Below are positions 19,793 to 30,080 of a DNA stretch of 51,662 nt, one piece after another; the first letter of the stretch is position 1, and each line of letters opens with the position of its first letter. Origin of the DNA: a virus (taxonomy: Duplodnaviria > Heunggongvirae > Uroviricota > Caudoviricetes); IMG/VR virus record IMGVR_UViG_2526164599_000006; one strand, 5' to 3'. The position numbers and the translations under genes are program-made. The notes beneath the pieces are model-generated. The model was not told the DNA's origin, searched no databases, and saw only the letters and a program-made list of their open reading frames with translations.

Positions 19793-19892
19793 TCACAAAC
19801 CGCCATTAGCTTATCAGGAAGAGCAGACGACACGATAACAGGGTTGTTGGTGCGGGGGCGGGTCCCCGATGGCGGTCCATTATCGGTATTCA

Positions 19893-19969
19893 GCGTTGTT
19901 AGCTCAGCCGGACAGAGCAATTGCCTTCTAAGCAATCGGTCACTGGTTCGAATCCAGTACAGCGCGCCA
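19893..19969 (+). tRNA. argO: tRNA-Arg (anticodon UCU)
   Basis: 77-nt cloverleaf GCGTTGT...ACAGCGCGCCA; anticodon loop CTTCTAA; TTCGAATCC T-loop. Confidence 0.8.
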
Positions 19970-20076
19970 TATTCATTCTTCCAGATTCCTTTCGGCAGAG
20001 CCTTATACTGAAATATACCTGGCTCAGGATATTGTTGAAAATATTATATGTTTGTCAAAAATAAAAGTTCTGTTAA

Positions 20077-20433
20077 GTGTTGATTGAGTGTTTGTTATAC
20101 GGTCTAATGGTTTTTTCAGCATTAAATATTTATCATTCATATGGTGTGGGTAGAGTGAATATTGATGAGGCGTCGGGGTGTTTCATCCTTAGGCAGCGTA
20201 TTGATATAGTCAATGCAGAACGAGCAAAGGCCTTCAGCCGTTTGACAGTTTTGTTCTGTACTCCTGATCGTCTTTCGGGAAGAGACGTTATTATTCTGAA
20301 TAGTGATGCTATACAGAGGGTTTGCGATGAGTTCATGGTGGCTAATTCAGAATTATTTGCTCTTGTTCAGGAGTACAACAGAATAGCCAGGACCTGTGGT
20401 ATGGATGAACTTCGGATTACTCATCTGGGGTAG
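20077..20433 (+). CDS. hypothetical protein in AT-rich cargo DNA
   Basis: 118-aa ORF (track start is GTG); no clear RBS; no recognisable family. Confidence 0.25.
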   Translation: MLIECLLYGLMVFSALNIYHSYGVGRVNIDEASGCFILRQRIDIVNAERAKAFSRLTVLFCTPDRLSGRDVIILNSDAIQRVCDEFMVANSELFALVQEYNRIARTCGMDELRITHLG

Positions 20434-20889
20434 ATACATATCTGGATTATCACCGGTTACGGTAAAAAGTGATTGCTTACTGTTTTTGTGAATGGCATTG
20501 CAGCAGCCGGATAATGTCAGTGCTGGCTGACGGTGTGCTGGTGGCGGGTGTGGTGGTTGCTGCTTTCCCGTTGCTGAAAAAGAAAACGCCAGACTGTTAG
20601 CCGGGTATCAGTTAGCGGGAGAAATTTTTAAATACTTCACAATTCAGGCGGTTGACTGTTGTCTGGTTTGCGGGGAGTTTGTTAAAAGAAACTGGCATGG
20701 TGAATCCCCCTGTGCGGAGGGGCAATCAGCGAGTAGGTATATGGGATAATCGCGGATTCAGGTGCTGGTACTGAATTCACCGGGAGGCACCCGGCACCAT
20801 GCAATGGCACATAGCGCCACTCTCCAGCCCCTCTCCGGAGGGGCTGTTTATATTGATTTTGTCAGATGTGAGTAAACTCCTTATGGACT

Positions 20890-21216
20890 TTATTGTTTTA
20901 GCCCATAAGGACATATTTGCAGAGTGCAACGGTTATTAAAGCATTCATTCAATACGTTATCTGTATTTGTAGGGCATTCCTGGCTGTTTTTGATTAAATT
21001 CCAGAATGTTTTATTGAATGGTACTACGTTGTAAATGGTTACAGGTAGCACTTTGTTATTGAGCATGATGCCTGTGTGAGTCAGTGTAAATATACTTTCA
21101 GGAGGTAAGAAAGCATCCGATTGATACCAGATTATTAATTTTATTTTACTCCATATGACTGAAAAAGATATTCCGCATGATGGCTGGATAACTGTATCAA
21201 TCACAATCCACTTCAT
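20890..21216 (-). CDS. hypothetical Cys-rich protein in AT-rich cargo DNA
   Basis: 108-aa ORF with RBS AGGA 6 nt upstream of ATG; C-terminus has five cysteines ([26 protein letters not shown]). Confidence 0.3.
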   Translation of the reverse strand: MKWIVIDTVIQPSCGISFSVIWSKIKLIIWYQSDAFLPPESIFTLTHTGIMLNNKVLPVTIYNVVPFNKTFWNLIKNSQECPTNTDNVLNECFNNRCTLQICPYGLKQ

Positions 21217-21476
21217 TTAGTTTCCTTGTTTATGCCTTGCTGGTGATGTTCTGAAAAGTATAAATGATATTTTTGATTGTAAACCATAGAGCAGAATTAT
21301 TTTTCTGATGTTGTTTATTGTTTATTTAAATGCAGGGTGGTTTATATCTCGTCTTGTAGTTTATCCATGCATATCTGCTTGATGATGAGGTTTTTAATTA
21401 AGGTATGGTTTTGTGTTTTTTCTGTATTACATGTCAGGTATTTTAAAGAATCATTTTTCAGATGGTGGAAAGAACC

Positions 21477-23330
21477 ATGGCATTTAAACACTATGATGTT
21501 GTCAGGGCGGCGTCGCCGTCAGATCTTGCGGAAAAGCTGACACATAAACTGAAAGAGGGCTGGCAGCCGTTTGGTAGTCCGGTGGCCATAACCCCTTATA
21601 CCCTGATGCAGGCGATTGCAGCAGAAGGTGATGTGGTCGTCAGTGGTGCAACTGAGCCGGAGTGGTACTACGTCATCGTACTGGCCGGGCAGTCCAATGC
21701 CATGGCTTACGGTGAAGGGCTTCCGCTTCCGGATTCATACGATGCGCCCCATCCGCGCATTAAGCAACTGGCCCGTCGTAACACAGTGACTCCCGGTGGT
21801 GAAGTATGCGTATTTAACGACATCATTCCTGCTGACCATTGTCTGCATGATGTTCAGGATATGAGTACGATTAACCATCCCCGGGCTGACCTGAGCAAAG
21901 GGCAGTACGGCTGTGTCGGACAGGGCTTACATATTGCCAAAAAACTGCTTCCGTATATCCCTAATAACGCGGGGATCCTGCTGGTACCATGCTGTCGTGG
22001 TGGTTCGGCATTCACCCAGGGCACGGAGGGGACATTCAGCGAGTCCACGGGGGCCAGTCAGGATTCGGCTCGCTGGGGAGTGGGTAAGCCGTTATATCAG
22101 GATCTGCTTTTCCGCACGAAGGCAGCATTGCAGAAAAACCCGAAAAACGTTTTGCTGGCGATATGCTGGATGCAGGGGGAATTCGATATGACGAATGCCA
22201 GTTACGCCCAGCAGCCAGCAGCATTTCTTGCAATGGTACAGCAGTTCCGTGCTGACCTTGCCGGGCTGGCGGCGCAGTGTCACGGTGGAAGTCCGGCATC
22301 AGTCCCCTGGATTTGTGGCGACACGACATACGCGTGGAAACAAGAACACGGTACGCAATATGAAGTGGTATATGGTGCATATAAAGGTAAAGAATCCCAG
22401 CAGATTTATTTTGTTCCCTTTATGACCGATGGTAGCGGAGTTAATACACCGACAAACAACCCGTCAGAAGATCCTGATATTGTCGGGTCTGGTTATTACG
22501 GTTCGGCATCCCGAACGAACAAAAACTGGGTATCATCAAATCGCCCGACGCATTTCAGCTCATGGGCGCGTCGTGGCATTATTCCCGATCGTATGGCAAC
22601 CGCTATTCTGAACGCAGCCGGGCGCACCTCAGCTTTCATCAGTGGTAAGGCACCGGAAATCAAACCCTCGCCCGGCGGCAACACGCCATCGGGGCCGTCT
22701 GAAGATGCATCCGTACGCACAATCTCCCTGTTGCCGACAGCCGGAGAGGCTGCTGCGCAGGGCTGGACCATTAAGGACGGCGGAATTCAGTTGTCGGGTG
22801 GTGTATTTAAGATCGCCAAGCAGAGCAATAAAACCTGGTCCCTGATGCATCCGGTGGATGACGCAGTCTCCCTGCTGACACGGGGTGGCAGACTGAGCTG
22901 TAAGTTTCGACTGTCAGGCGCACTGACCAACAACCAGTTCGGCCTGGGAATTTATCTGTATACCGATGTAGCGTTACCTGACGTCGTGGCGATGACCGGG
23001 ACTGGTAACCCGTTCCTGATGTCGTTCTTCACCCAGACCACAGACGGCAAACTGAATCTGATGCATCACAAGAAAGCAGGAAACACAAAGTTGGGCGAGT
23101 TCGGGAATTACAGTAATGACTGGCAGACGCTGGAACTGGTGTTCACCGCCGGCAGTGCCACGGTTACTCCGAAACTGAATGGAGTGGCTGGCCCGGCATT
23201 CCAGGTCATAAAAGACAGTCTGACACTGGGGCTGAATGCGCTGACGCTGACGGATATTACCAAAAATGCAGCGTATGGCGTTGAGATAGAAAGTCTGGTG
23301 CTGGAGATAAATGCACCGGCATCATCATAA
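21477..23330 (+). CDS. nanS-p: NanS-p-like sialate O-acetylesterase (DUF1737 N-terminus plus SASA domain)
   Basis: ORF with GQSN motif (VLAGQSNAMAYG) and DUF1737-like N-terminus (MAFKHYDVVRAASP); track start 21462, ATG 21477 preferred. Confidence 0.75.
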   Translation: MAFKHYDVVRAASPSDLAEKLTHKLKEGWQPFGSPVAITPYTLMQAIAAEGDVVVSGATEPEWYYVIVLAGQSNAMAYGEGLPLPDSYDAPHPRIKQLARRNTVTPGGEVCVFNDIIPADHCLHDVQDMSTINHPRADLSKGQYGCVGQGLHIAKKLLPYIPNNAGILLVPCCRGGSAFTQGTEGTFSESTGASQDSARWGVGKPLYQDLLFRTKAALQKNPKNVLLAICWMQGEFDMTNASYAQQPAAFLAMVQQFRADLAGLAAQCHGGSPASVPWICGDTTYAWKQEHGTQYEVVYGAYKGKESQQIYFVPFMTDGSGVNTPTNNPSEDPDIVGSGYYGSASRTNKNWVSSNRPTHFSSWARRGIIPDRMATAILNAAGRTSAFISGKAPEIKPSPGGNTPSGPSEDASVRTISLLPTAGEAAAQGWTIKDGGIQLSGGVFKIAKQSNKTWSLMHPVDDAVSLLTRGGRLSCKFRLSGALTNNQFGLGIYLYTDVALPDVVAMTGTGNPFLMSFFTQTTDGKLNLMHHKKAGNTKLGEFGNYSNDWQTLELVFTAGSATVTPKLNGVAGPAFQVIKDSLTLGLNALTLTDITKNAAYGVEIESLVLEINAPASS

Positions 23331-23480
23331 AAAGTGAGCCAGTCAAATGGAAGGTATCGTTAAACTCACCGGTAGTGTCAGTGGGTCGTCTGAGATGCCT
23401 GCATGAGTTATCAGAGCCATCAGTACTTAACTGGTGGCTTTTTTTATTGTTGTCAGCTTCCGGATAACGGGAGACGGGGT

Positions 23481-23696
23481 ATGTACCAGATGGAAAAAAT
23501 CACAACAGGTGTGTCATACACCACGTCAGCGGTGGGAACGGGCTACTGGTTCCTGCAGTTGCTGGACAGGGTTTCCCCGTCTCAGTGGGCGGCAATAGGC
23601 GTGCTGGGGAGTCTGCTGTTTGGGCTGCTGACATATCTGACTAACCTGTATTTCAAAATCAGAGAGGACCGTCGTAAGGCTGCACGGGGAGAGTAA
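23481..23696 (+). CDS. S: pinholin, phage 21 S-type class II holin
   Basis: 71-aa product with dual start MYQMEK and two TM segments; close to remembered S21 (…[14 protein letters not shown]…[15 protein letters not shown]). Confidence 0.8.
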   Translation: MYQMEKITTGVSYTTSAVGTGYWFLQLLDRVSPSQWAAIGVLGSLLFGLLTYLTNLYFKIREDRRKAARGE

Positions 23697-23700
23697 TTCA

Positions 23701-24051
23701 ATGACTCAAAACTATGAACTGATTGTGAAAGGGATCCGCAATTTTGAGAATAAAGTTACGGTAACTTTAGCGTTACGGGACAAAAAACGCTTTGACGGTG
23801 AAATTTTTGACCTGGACATCTCGCTGGACCGTGTTGAAGGTGCCGCGCTGGAGTTTTATGAGGCAGCAGCCAGAAGGAGCATCAGACAGGTCTTCCTGGA
23901 TGTTGCTGCCGGGTTATGTGAAGGGGATGAGCAGTCGCCGGAAAAGCGCCCCGTAATTTTAGAGGCGCAGAATGTGTGGATAACCTACAAAGGAAAGCTA
24001 CCAGGAAGAATTACTGGTTCTCTGAAGACTCCTCCGGAATCACAACCTTAA
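23701..24051 (+). CDS. hypothetical protein between holin and endolysin (YdfR-like position)
   Basis: 116-aa ORF; same position as ydfR between essQ and rrrQ in Qin. Confidence 0.45.
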   Translation: MTQNYELIVKGIRNFENKVTVTLALRDKKRFDGEIFDLDISLDRVEGAALEFYEAAARRSIRQVFLDVAAGLCEGDEQSPEKRPVILEAQNVWITYKGKLPGRITGSLKTPPESQP

Positions 24052-24114
24052 GTCACTGACCGGAACAGATAAACCTGTCCGTGGGCAGAAACCGATAAAT
24101 CCTGATAAATATCC

Positions 24115-24648
24115 ATGAACGCAAAAATCAGATACGGCCTGTCGGCTGCCGTTCTGGCACTGATTGCCGCTGGTGCGCCTGCGCCTGACATTCTCGACCA
24201 GTTTCTGGATGAAAAGGAAGGTAACCACACCACGGCATACCGTGATGGCGCGGGTATCTGGACCATCTGCCGCGGTGCCATCCTGGTGGATGGCAAACCT
24301 GTCGTTCCGGGCATGAAGTTGTCGAAGGAAAAATGCGACCGGGTTAACGCCATTGAGCGTGATAAGGCGCTGGCATGGGTGGAGAAAAACATCAAAGTGC
24401 CATTGAGCGAACCCCAGAAAGCGGGGATCGCGTCATTCTGTCCGTACAACATTGGTCCCGGTAAGTGTTTCCCGTCGACGTTTTACAGACGAATTAATGC
24501 TGGCGATCGCAGGGGAGCATGTGAGGCGATTCGCTGGTGGATTAAGGACGGTGGCAGAGACTGCCGTATTCGTTCAAATAACTGCTATGGACAGGTCTCA
24601 CGGCGTGACCAGGAGAGCGCGCTGGCGTGCTGGGGTATCGACAGATAA
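24115..24648 (+). CDS. R: SAR endolysin (lysozyme)
   Basis: 177-aa ORF with N-terminal signal-anchor-release segment (LSAAVLALIAAGA) and lysozyme catalytic region. Confidence 0.85.
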   Translation: MNAKIRYGLSAAVLALIAAGAPAPDILDQFLDEKEGNHTTAYRDGAGIWTICRGAILVDGKPVVPGMKLSKEKCDRVNAIERDKALAWVEKNIKVPLSEPQKAGIASFCPYNIGPGKCFPSTFYRRINAGDRRGACEAIRWWIKDGGRDCRIRSNNCYGQVSRRDQESALACWGIDR

Positions 24649-24806
24649 GCAGAATATTTTGCTGAAAATAAGGCATGGCCACGCGGGCGGATAACATGAA
24701 ATCCTGCGAAGTGGCGAAACGTAAGTGAATAAAAGTAAAAACCCCGTTTGTTGGCACCAAGCGGGGTTTTGTGTTTCCTGACTCCGGAAAAGTCAAAGGA
24801 GAAAGT

Positions 24807-24944
24807 GTGTTTGATTTTAGCAAACTGATTCGGGAGATTCGAGTGGTGGCTGAAAAATTATCCACCTGGAAGTTCATTCTTATCTGGCTGGTGTTTGTGA
24901 TTATGGCCTCCGGTTATTTCATCGGTCAGATACGCTGGTGGTGA
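24807..24944 (+). CDS. candidate small membrane protein
   Basis: 45-codon ORF from GTG with RBS AAGGAG 5 nt upstream; one TM segment (FILIWLVFVIMASGYFIG); ends 1 nt before Rz ATG. Confidence 0.25.
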   Translation: MFDFSKLIREIRVVAEKLSTWKFILIWLVFVIMASGYFIGQIRWW

Positions 24945-24945
24945 A

Positions 24946-25413
24946 ATGAACCGCGTACTGTGCGTGGTCATCATTGCCCTGCTGGTGGCCTGTGGTGCGC
25001 TTAGTCTGGGGCTGAATCATTACCGTGATAACGCCATAACCTACAAAGAGCAGCGCGATAAAAAAGTCAGTGAGCTGGAGCAGGCAAATGCAACCATTAC
25101 TGATATGCAGCAGCGCCAGCGTGATGTTGCTGCACTTGATGCCAGATACTCGAGGGAATTAGCCGATGCGAGAGCTGAAAATGAAACTCTGCGCGCTGAC
25201 GTTGCCGCTGGTCGTAAGCGCCTGCGGATCAACGCCACCTGCCCCGGTACCGTGCGTGAAGCCCCCACCACCTCCGGCGTGGATAATGCAACCGGCCCCC
25301 GACTGGCAGACACCGCTGAACGGGATTATTTCACTCTCAGAGAGCGGTTGATGCTGATGCAGAAGCAGCTGGAAGTGGCGCAGGAATATATCCGCACTCA
25401 GTGCCTGAAATAA
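24946..25413 (+). CDS. Rz: i-spanin Rz
   Basis: 155-aa ORF with N-terminal TM anchor and coiled-coil periplasmic domain. Confidence 0.8.
   Translation: MNRVLCVVIIALLVACGALSLGLNHYRDNAITYKEQRDKKVSELEQANATITDMQQRQRDVAALDARYSRELADARAENETLRADVAAGRKRLRINATCPGTVREAPTTSGVDNATGPRLADTAERDYFTLRERLMLMQKQLEVAQEYIRTQCLK
25181..25351 (+). CDS. Rz1: o-spanin Rz1 (lipoprotein), embedded in Rz in the +1 frame
   Basis: Product MKLCALTLPLVVSACGS... with lipobox VSAC and proline-rich mature region. Confidence 0.7.
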   Translation: MKLCALTLPLVVSACGSTPPAPVPCVKPPPPPAWIMQPAPDWQTPLNGIISLSESG

Positions 25414-25629
25414 GTTTTGCTGATGCGCGGTATTGTCGCCGTATCCCCGCATTAACAGAGACCGCAGCCCGACCGGGAGACTCCTCTGCGCGAGTGTGCG
25501 GGGATAATCAAAAACGATACACACCGGGGTTTACCGCGTTAACGGAGCGCGGCGTTGTCCCCTCATAGTCGCCTGTCCGGTGCGATGGTGGAAGAAACCG
25601 GACTACATTGAAAATGATAACCATTATCA

Positions 25630-25850
25630 TTTTTGCGGGTCCTTTCCGGCGATCCGGGCCGTTACGGGGCGGCGACCTCGCGGTTTTTCACTATTTATGA
25701 AAATTTTTCAGGGAAAATCGTGTCGGTACTTCTCGAATATAACTTTTTGTTTTTTTAATATTGCATTCATAAATGTCCGACATGAAAGTGTCCGAAAATG
25801 CCTTTTTCTGGCGTTTTCATGTCGGGCCTTGTATTTGATAATGGGTTGTT
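25630..25850 (+). other. cos site (cosN at 25667..25678 with cosB-like repeats downstream)
   Basis: GGGCGGCGACCTCGCGG...CTATTTATGAAAATTTT matches remembered lambda cos; repeated GTCCGA(C/A)A(T/A)G-like elements at about 25770..25830 before Nu1. Confidence 0.7.
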
Positions 25851-25852
25851 CT

Positions 25853-26401
25853 ATGAAGGTTAATAAAAAGAGGCTTGCCGAAATTTTTAACGTGGACCCG
25901 CGGACGATTGAACGCTGGCAGTCTCAGGGGCTCCCTTGCGTCTCCAAAGGCAGTAAGGGCATTGAATCTGTATTTGATACTGCCATGGCAATTCAGTGGT
26001 ATGCGCAGAGGGAAACTGATATCGAAAACGAAAAGCTCCGCAAAGAACTGGCCGATTTGCGTGCGGCAGCGGAGTCAGATTTACAACCCGGCACCATTGA
26101 CTATGAACGCTACCGGCTCACAAAAGCGCAGGCAGATGCGCAGGAACTGAAAAATGCCCGTGAAGACGGAGTGGTGCTGGAAACTGAACTGTTTACCTTC
26201 ATTCTGCAACGTGTGGCACAGGAGATTTCGGGGATACTTGTGCGTGTGCCGTTGACATTACAGCGTAAATATCCGGACATTTCACCATCACACCTTGATG
26301 TGGTGAAAACTGAAATCGCGAAAGCCTCCAATGTTGCAGCTAAGGCCGGTGAAAACGTGGGCGGGTGGATCGATGATTTCAGACGCACAGAAGGCAGCTA
26401 A
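25853..26401 (+). CDS. nu1: terminase small subunit (Nu1)
   Basis: Product [28 protein letters not shown]... colinear with lambda Nu1. Confidence 0.85.
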   Translation: MKVNKKRLAEIFNVDPRTIERWQSQGLPCVSKGSKGIESVFDTAMAIQWYAQRETDIENEKLRKELADLRAAAESDLQPGTIDYERYRLTKAQADAQELKNAREDGVVLETELFTFILQRVAQEISGILVRVPLTLQRKYPDISPSHLDVVKTEIAKASNVAAKAGENVGGWIDDFRRTEGS

Positions 26402-28301
26402 TGCAGCCGGTGCGATAGCTACAGGGCTTTTATCTCTCATTATTCCTGTTCCACTGACGACAGTTCAGTGGGCCAATAAACATTATTACCTTCCTAAAGA
26501 GTCGTCTTATACCCCGGGGCGGTGGGAAACACTGCCGTTTCAGGTTGGCATCATGAACTGTATGGGCAACGATTTGATTCGCACTGTTAACCTGATTAAA
26601 TCTGCCCGTGTTGGTTATACAAAGATGTTGCTGGGAGTGGAGGCTTATTTTATTGAGCATAAATCACGCAACAGCCTTCTTTTTCAGCCCACGGACTCAG
26701 CTGCTGAAGATTTTATGAAATCTCATGTTGAGCCAACGATAAGGGATGTTCCTGCATTGCTGGAGCTGGCTCCATGGTTCGGAAGAAAACACCGCGATAA
26801 TACGCTCACCCTGAAGCGTTTTTCCTCCGGTGTGGGTTTCTGGTGTCTGGGGGGAGCGGCAGCAAAAAACTACCGTGAAAAATCCGTGGATGTGGTTTGT
26901 TATGACGAGCTTTCCTCGTTCGAACCGGATGTTGAAAAAGAGGGTTCGCCAACCCTGCTGGGGGATAAACGTATTGAGGGCTCTGTATGGCCAAAATCCA
27001 TTCGCGGCTCGACGCCTAAAATCAAAGGCTCCTGCCAGATCGAAAAAGCCGCTAACGAGTCGGCACATTTCATGCGTTTTTATGTGCCCTGTCCGCACTG
27101 TGGGGAGGAGCAGTATCTGAAATTTGGCGATGATGCCTCGCCTTTCGGTCTTAAGTGGGAGAAGAATAAGCCAGAAAGTGTTTTCTACCTTTGTGAGCAT
27201 CATGGCTGTGTGATCCATCAGTCTGAGCTTGACCAGAGTAACGGGCGGTGGATCTGTGAAAACACGGGCATGTGGACTCGTGACGGTCTGACATTTTTCA
27301 GCGCCGCGGATAATGAAATTCCGCCGCCGCGCTCCATCACATTCCATATCTGGACGGCGTACAGTCCGTTCACCACCTGGGTACAGATTGTCTATGACTG
27401 GCTGGATGCACTGAAAGATCCCAACGGCCTGAAAACCTTTGTGAACACCACGCTGGGCGAGACCTGGGAAGAGGCCGTGGGCGAAAAACTCGATCACCAG
27501 GTGCTGATGGATAAGGTTGTGCGTTACACGGCTGCGGTGCCTTCCCGGGTGGTTTATCTGACGGCGGGCATTGACTCGCAGCGAAACCGTTTTGAGATGT
27601 ATGTCTGGGGATGGGCTCCGGGAGAGGAAGCCTTTCTGGTGGATAAAATCATCATTATGGGGCGTCCCGATGAGGAAGAGACGCTGTTACGTGTGGATGT
27701 GGCGATCAACAAAAAATACCGCCATGCAGACGGAACCGAAATGACCATTTCCCGTGTCTGCTGGGACACCGGGGGGATCGATGGCGAAATTGTCTATCAG
27801 AGGTCAAAAAAACACGGTGTTTTCCGGGTGCTGCCGGTAAAAGGTGCATCTGTTTATGGCAAGCCGGTGATCACCATGCCAAAAACCCGCAATCAGCGGG
27901 GCGTGTATCTGTGCGAAGTGGGGACGGACACCGCAAAAGAAATTCTCTATGCCCGTATGAAAGCCGATCCCACGCCTGCGGATGAAGCCACGTCGTATGC
28001 CATCCGTTTTCCTGATGATCCGGAGATTTTTTCGCAGACAGAGGCGCAGCAACTGGTGGCGGAAGAGCTTGTGGAGAAGTGGGAAAAAGGAAAGATGCGT
28101 CTGCTGTGGGATAACAAAAAGCGGCGTAACGAAGCGCTGGACTGCCTGGTGTATGCCTACGCGGCATTACGTGTGTCCGTGCAACGCTGGCAGCTTGATC
28201 TGGCTGTACTGGCAAAATCCCGGGAAGAAGAGACGACCCGGCCAACCCTTAAAGAACTGGCAGCGAAGCTGTCCGGAGGAGTGAATGGTTACAGTCGCTG
28301 A
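26373..28301 (+). CDS. A: terminase large subunit (A)
   Basis: 643-aa product highly similar to remembered lambda gpA along its length. Confidence 0.9.
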   Translation: MISDAQKAANAAGAIATGLLSLIIPVPLTTVQWANKHYYLPKESSYTPGRWETLPFQVGIMNCMGNDLIRTVNLIKSARVGYTKMLLGVEAYFIEHKSRNSLLFQPTDSAAEDFMKSHVEPTIRDVPALLELAPWFGRKHRDNTLTLKRFSSGVGFWCLGGAAAKNYREKSVDVVCYDELSSFEPDVEKEGSPTLLGDKRIEGSVWPKSIRGSTPKIKGSCQIEKAANESAHFMRFYVPCPHCGEEQYLKFGDDASPFGLKWEKNKPESVFYLCEHHGCVIHQSELDQSNGRWICENTGMWTRDGLTFFSAADNEIPPPRSITFHIWTAYSPFTTWVQIVYDWLDALKDPNGLKTFVNTTLGETWEEAVGEKLDHQVLMDKVVRYTAAVPSRVVYLTAGIDSQRNRFEMYVWGWAPGEEAFLVDKIIIMGRPDEEETLLRVDVAINKKYRHADGTEMTISRVCWDTGGIDGEIVYQRSKKHGVFRVLPVKGASVYGKPVITMPKTRNQRGVYLCEVGTDTAKEILYARMKADPTPADEATSYAIRFPDDPEIFSQTEAQQLVAEELVEKWEKGKMRLLWDNKKRRNEALDCLVYAYAALRVSVQRWQLDLAVLAKSREEETTRPTLKELAAKLSGGVNGYSR

Positions 28302-28491
28302 ACTGCAGGCGCTGCGTCAGGCGCGCCTTGATTTATTAACCGGTAAACGGGTGGTGTCTGTCCAGAAAGATGGTCGCAGAATTGAATATACGGCAGCTTC
28401 TCTGGATGAGCTTAACCGGGCGATCAATGATGCGGAGTCGGTACTGGGGACAACCCGCCGTCGCCGTCGTCCGCTGGGAGTGAGGTTATGA
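28285..28491 (+). CDS. W: head-tail joining protein W
   Basis: 68-aa ORF similar to lambda gpW (LTGKRVVSVQKDGRR). Confidence 0.8.
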   Translation: MVTVAELQALRQARLDLLTGKRVVSVQKDGRRIEYTAASLDELNRAINDAESVLGTTRRRRRPLGVRL

Positions 28492-30080
28492 AACGAACGC
28501 CTGTCCTGATTGATGTGAACGGCGTTCCGCTTCGGGAGAGCCTCAGCTACACCGGTGGCGGTGCAGGATTTGGCGGGCAAATGGCAGAGTGGTTGCCACC
28601 CTCGCAGAGTGCCGATGCGGCCCTGCTGCCCGCGTTGCGTCTGGGGAATGCCCGTGCAGATGATCTGGTGCGCAATAACGGAATAGCGGCCAATGCGGTG
28701 GCCCTGCATAAGGATCACATTGTCGGGCATATGTTTCTGATTAGCTACCGTCCGAACTGGCGCTGGCTGGGGATGCGGGAGACCGCGGCAAAAAGTTTTG
28801 TCGATGAGGTGGAGGCGGCCTGGTCAGAATACGCAGAAGGGATGTTTGGTGAGATCGACGTGGAAGGGAAACGCACGTTTACGGAATTTATCCGTGAAGG
28901 TGTGGGCGTTCATGCGTTTAACGGCGAAATCTTTGTGCAGCCGGTCTGGGATACGGAGAGTACGCAACTGTTTCGTACGCGTTTTAAAGCCGTGAGTCCG
29001 AAACGGGTGGACACGCCAGGACACGGTATCGGGAACCGTTTTCTGCGGGCCGGTGTGGAGGTTGATCGATATGGCCGTGCCGTTGCGTACCATATCTGTG
29101 AGGATGATTTTCCTCGCTCCGGGAGTGGACGATGGGAACGGATCCCGCGTGAACTACCCACCGGGCGTCCGGCCATGCTGCATATTTTCGAGCCGGTGGA
29201 GGACGGGCAGACCCGTGGAGCCAATCAGTTTTACAGCGTTATGGAACGGCTGAAGATGCTGGATTCCCTGCAGGCAACACAGCTTCAGTCGGCCATAGTG
29301 AAGGCGATGTATGCAGCGACGATTGAAAGTGACCTTGATACCGAAAAGGCCTTTGAATATATCGCCGGTGCGCCGCAGGGGCAGAAGGATAATCCGCTTA
29401 TTAATATTCTGGATAAGTTCTCCACCTGGTATGACACGAATAGCGTGACGCTGGGCGGTGTCAAAATTCCGCACCTTTTCCCCGGTGATGATCTGAAACT
29501 TCAGACCGCGCAGGATTCAGACAATGGATTTTCGGCGCTTGAACAGGCGCTGCTGCGGTATATCGCCGCCGGTCTTGGCGTTTCCTACGAACAGTTGTCC
29601 CGTGATTACTCGAAGGTCAGTTACTCAAGTGCCCGCGCATCCGCCAATGAGTCGTGGCGCTATTTTATGGGGCGGCGAAAATTTATTGCGTCCCGGCTGG
29701 CCACGCAGATGTTTTCCTGCTGGCTGGAAGAGGCACTTCTTCGGGGGATTATTCGTCCGCCACGGGCACGGTTTGATTTTTATCAGGCGCGATCAGCCTG
29801 GTCACGGGCTGAGTGGATTGGAGCCGGAAGAATGGCCATTGACGGGCTCAAGGAGGTTCAGGAATCAGTGATGCGCATTGAGGCCGGACTGAGCACGTAT
29901 GAGAAAGAGCTGGCGCTGATGGGCGAGGATTATCAGGACATTTTCCGCCAGCAGGTCAGGGAATCTGCAGAGCGGGAAAAAGCCGGACTCTCACGTCCGG
30001 TGTGGATAGCGCAGGCGTATCAGCAGCAGATAGCGGAGAGTCGCAGGCCGGAAGAGGAGACAACACCACGTGAGACGTAA
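28488..30080 (+). CDS. B: portal protein (B)
   Basis: 530-aa ORF in lambda gpB position and size. Confidence 0.9.
   Translation: MKRTPVLIDVNGVPLRESLSYTGGGAGFGGQMAEWLPPSQSADAALLPALRLGNARADDLVRNNGIAANAVALHKDHIVGHMFLISYRPNWRWLGMRETAAKSFVDEVEAAWSEYAEGMFGEIDVEGKRTFTEFIREGVGVHAFNGEIFVQPVWDTESTQLFRTRFKAVSPKRVDTPGHGIGNRFLRAGVEVDRYGRAVAYHICEDDFPRSGSGRWERIPRELPTGRPAMLHIFEPVEDGQTRGANQFYSVMERLKMLDSLQATQLQSAIVKAMYAATIESDLDTEKAFEYIAGAPQGQKDNPLINILDKFSTWYDTNSVTLGGVKIPHLFPGDDLKLQTAQDSDNGFSALEQALLRYIAAGLGVSYEQLSRDYSKVSYSSARASANESWRYFMGRRKFIASRLATQMFSCWLEEALLRGIIRPPRARFDFYQARSAWSRAEWIGAGRMAIDGLKEVQESVMRIEAGLSTYEKELALMGEDYQDIFRQQVRESAEREKAGLSRPVWIAQAYQQQIAESRRPEEETTPRET

Noticed and set aside
19793-19892. Possible third tRNA between the two tRNA genes
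   Set aside because: No cloverleaf with matching acceptor stem could be folded by eye; treated as spacer or degenerate remnant pending a covariance-model scan.
19970-21476. Shiga toxin genes stxA/stxB at the canonical position
   Set aside because: No ORFs of the expected sizes (about 319 and 89 aa) or character are present; the slot holds unrelated AT-rich DNA.
21337-21540. 67-aa plus-strand ORF
   Set aside because: Overlaps the nanS-p start in another frame within AT-rich DNA; no RBS.
26697-27497. 266-aa minus-strand ORF
   Set aside because: Antisense to the terminase large subunit gene.
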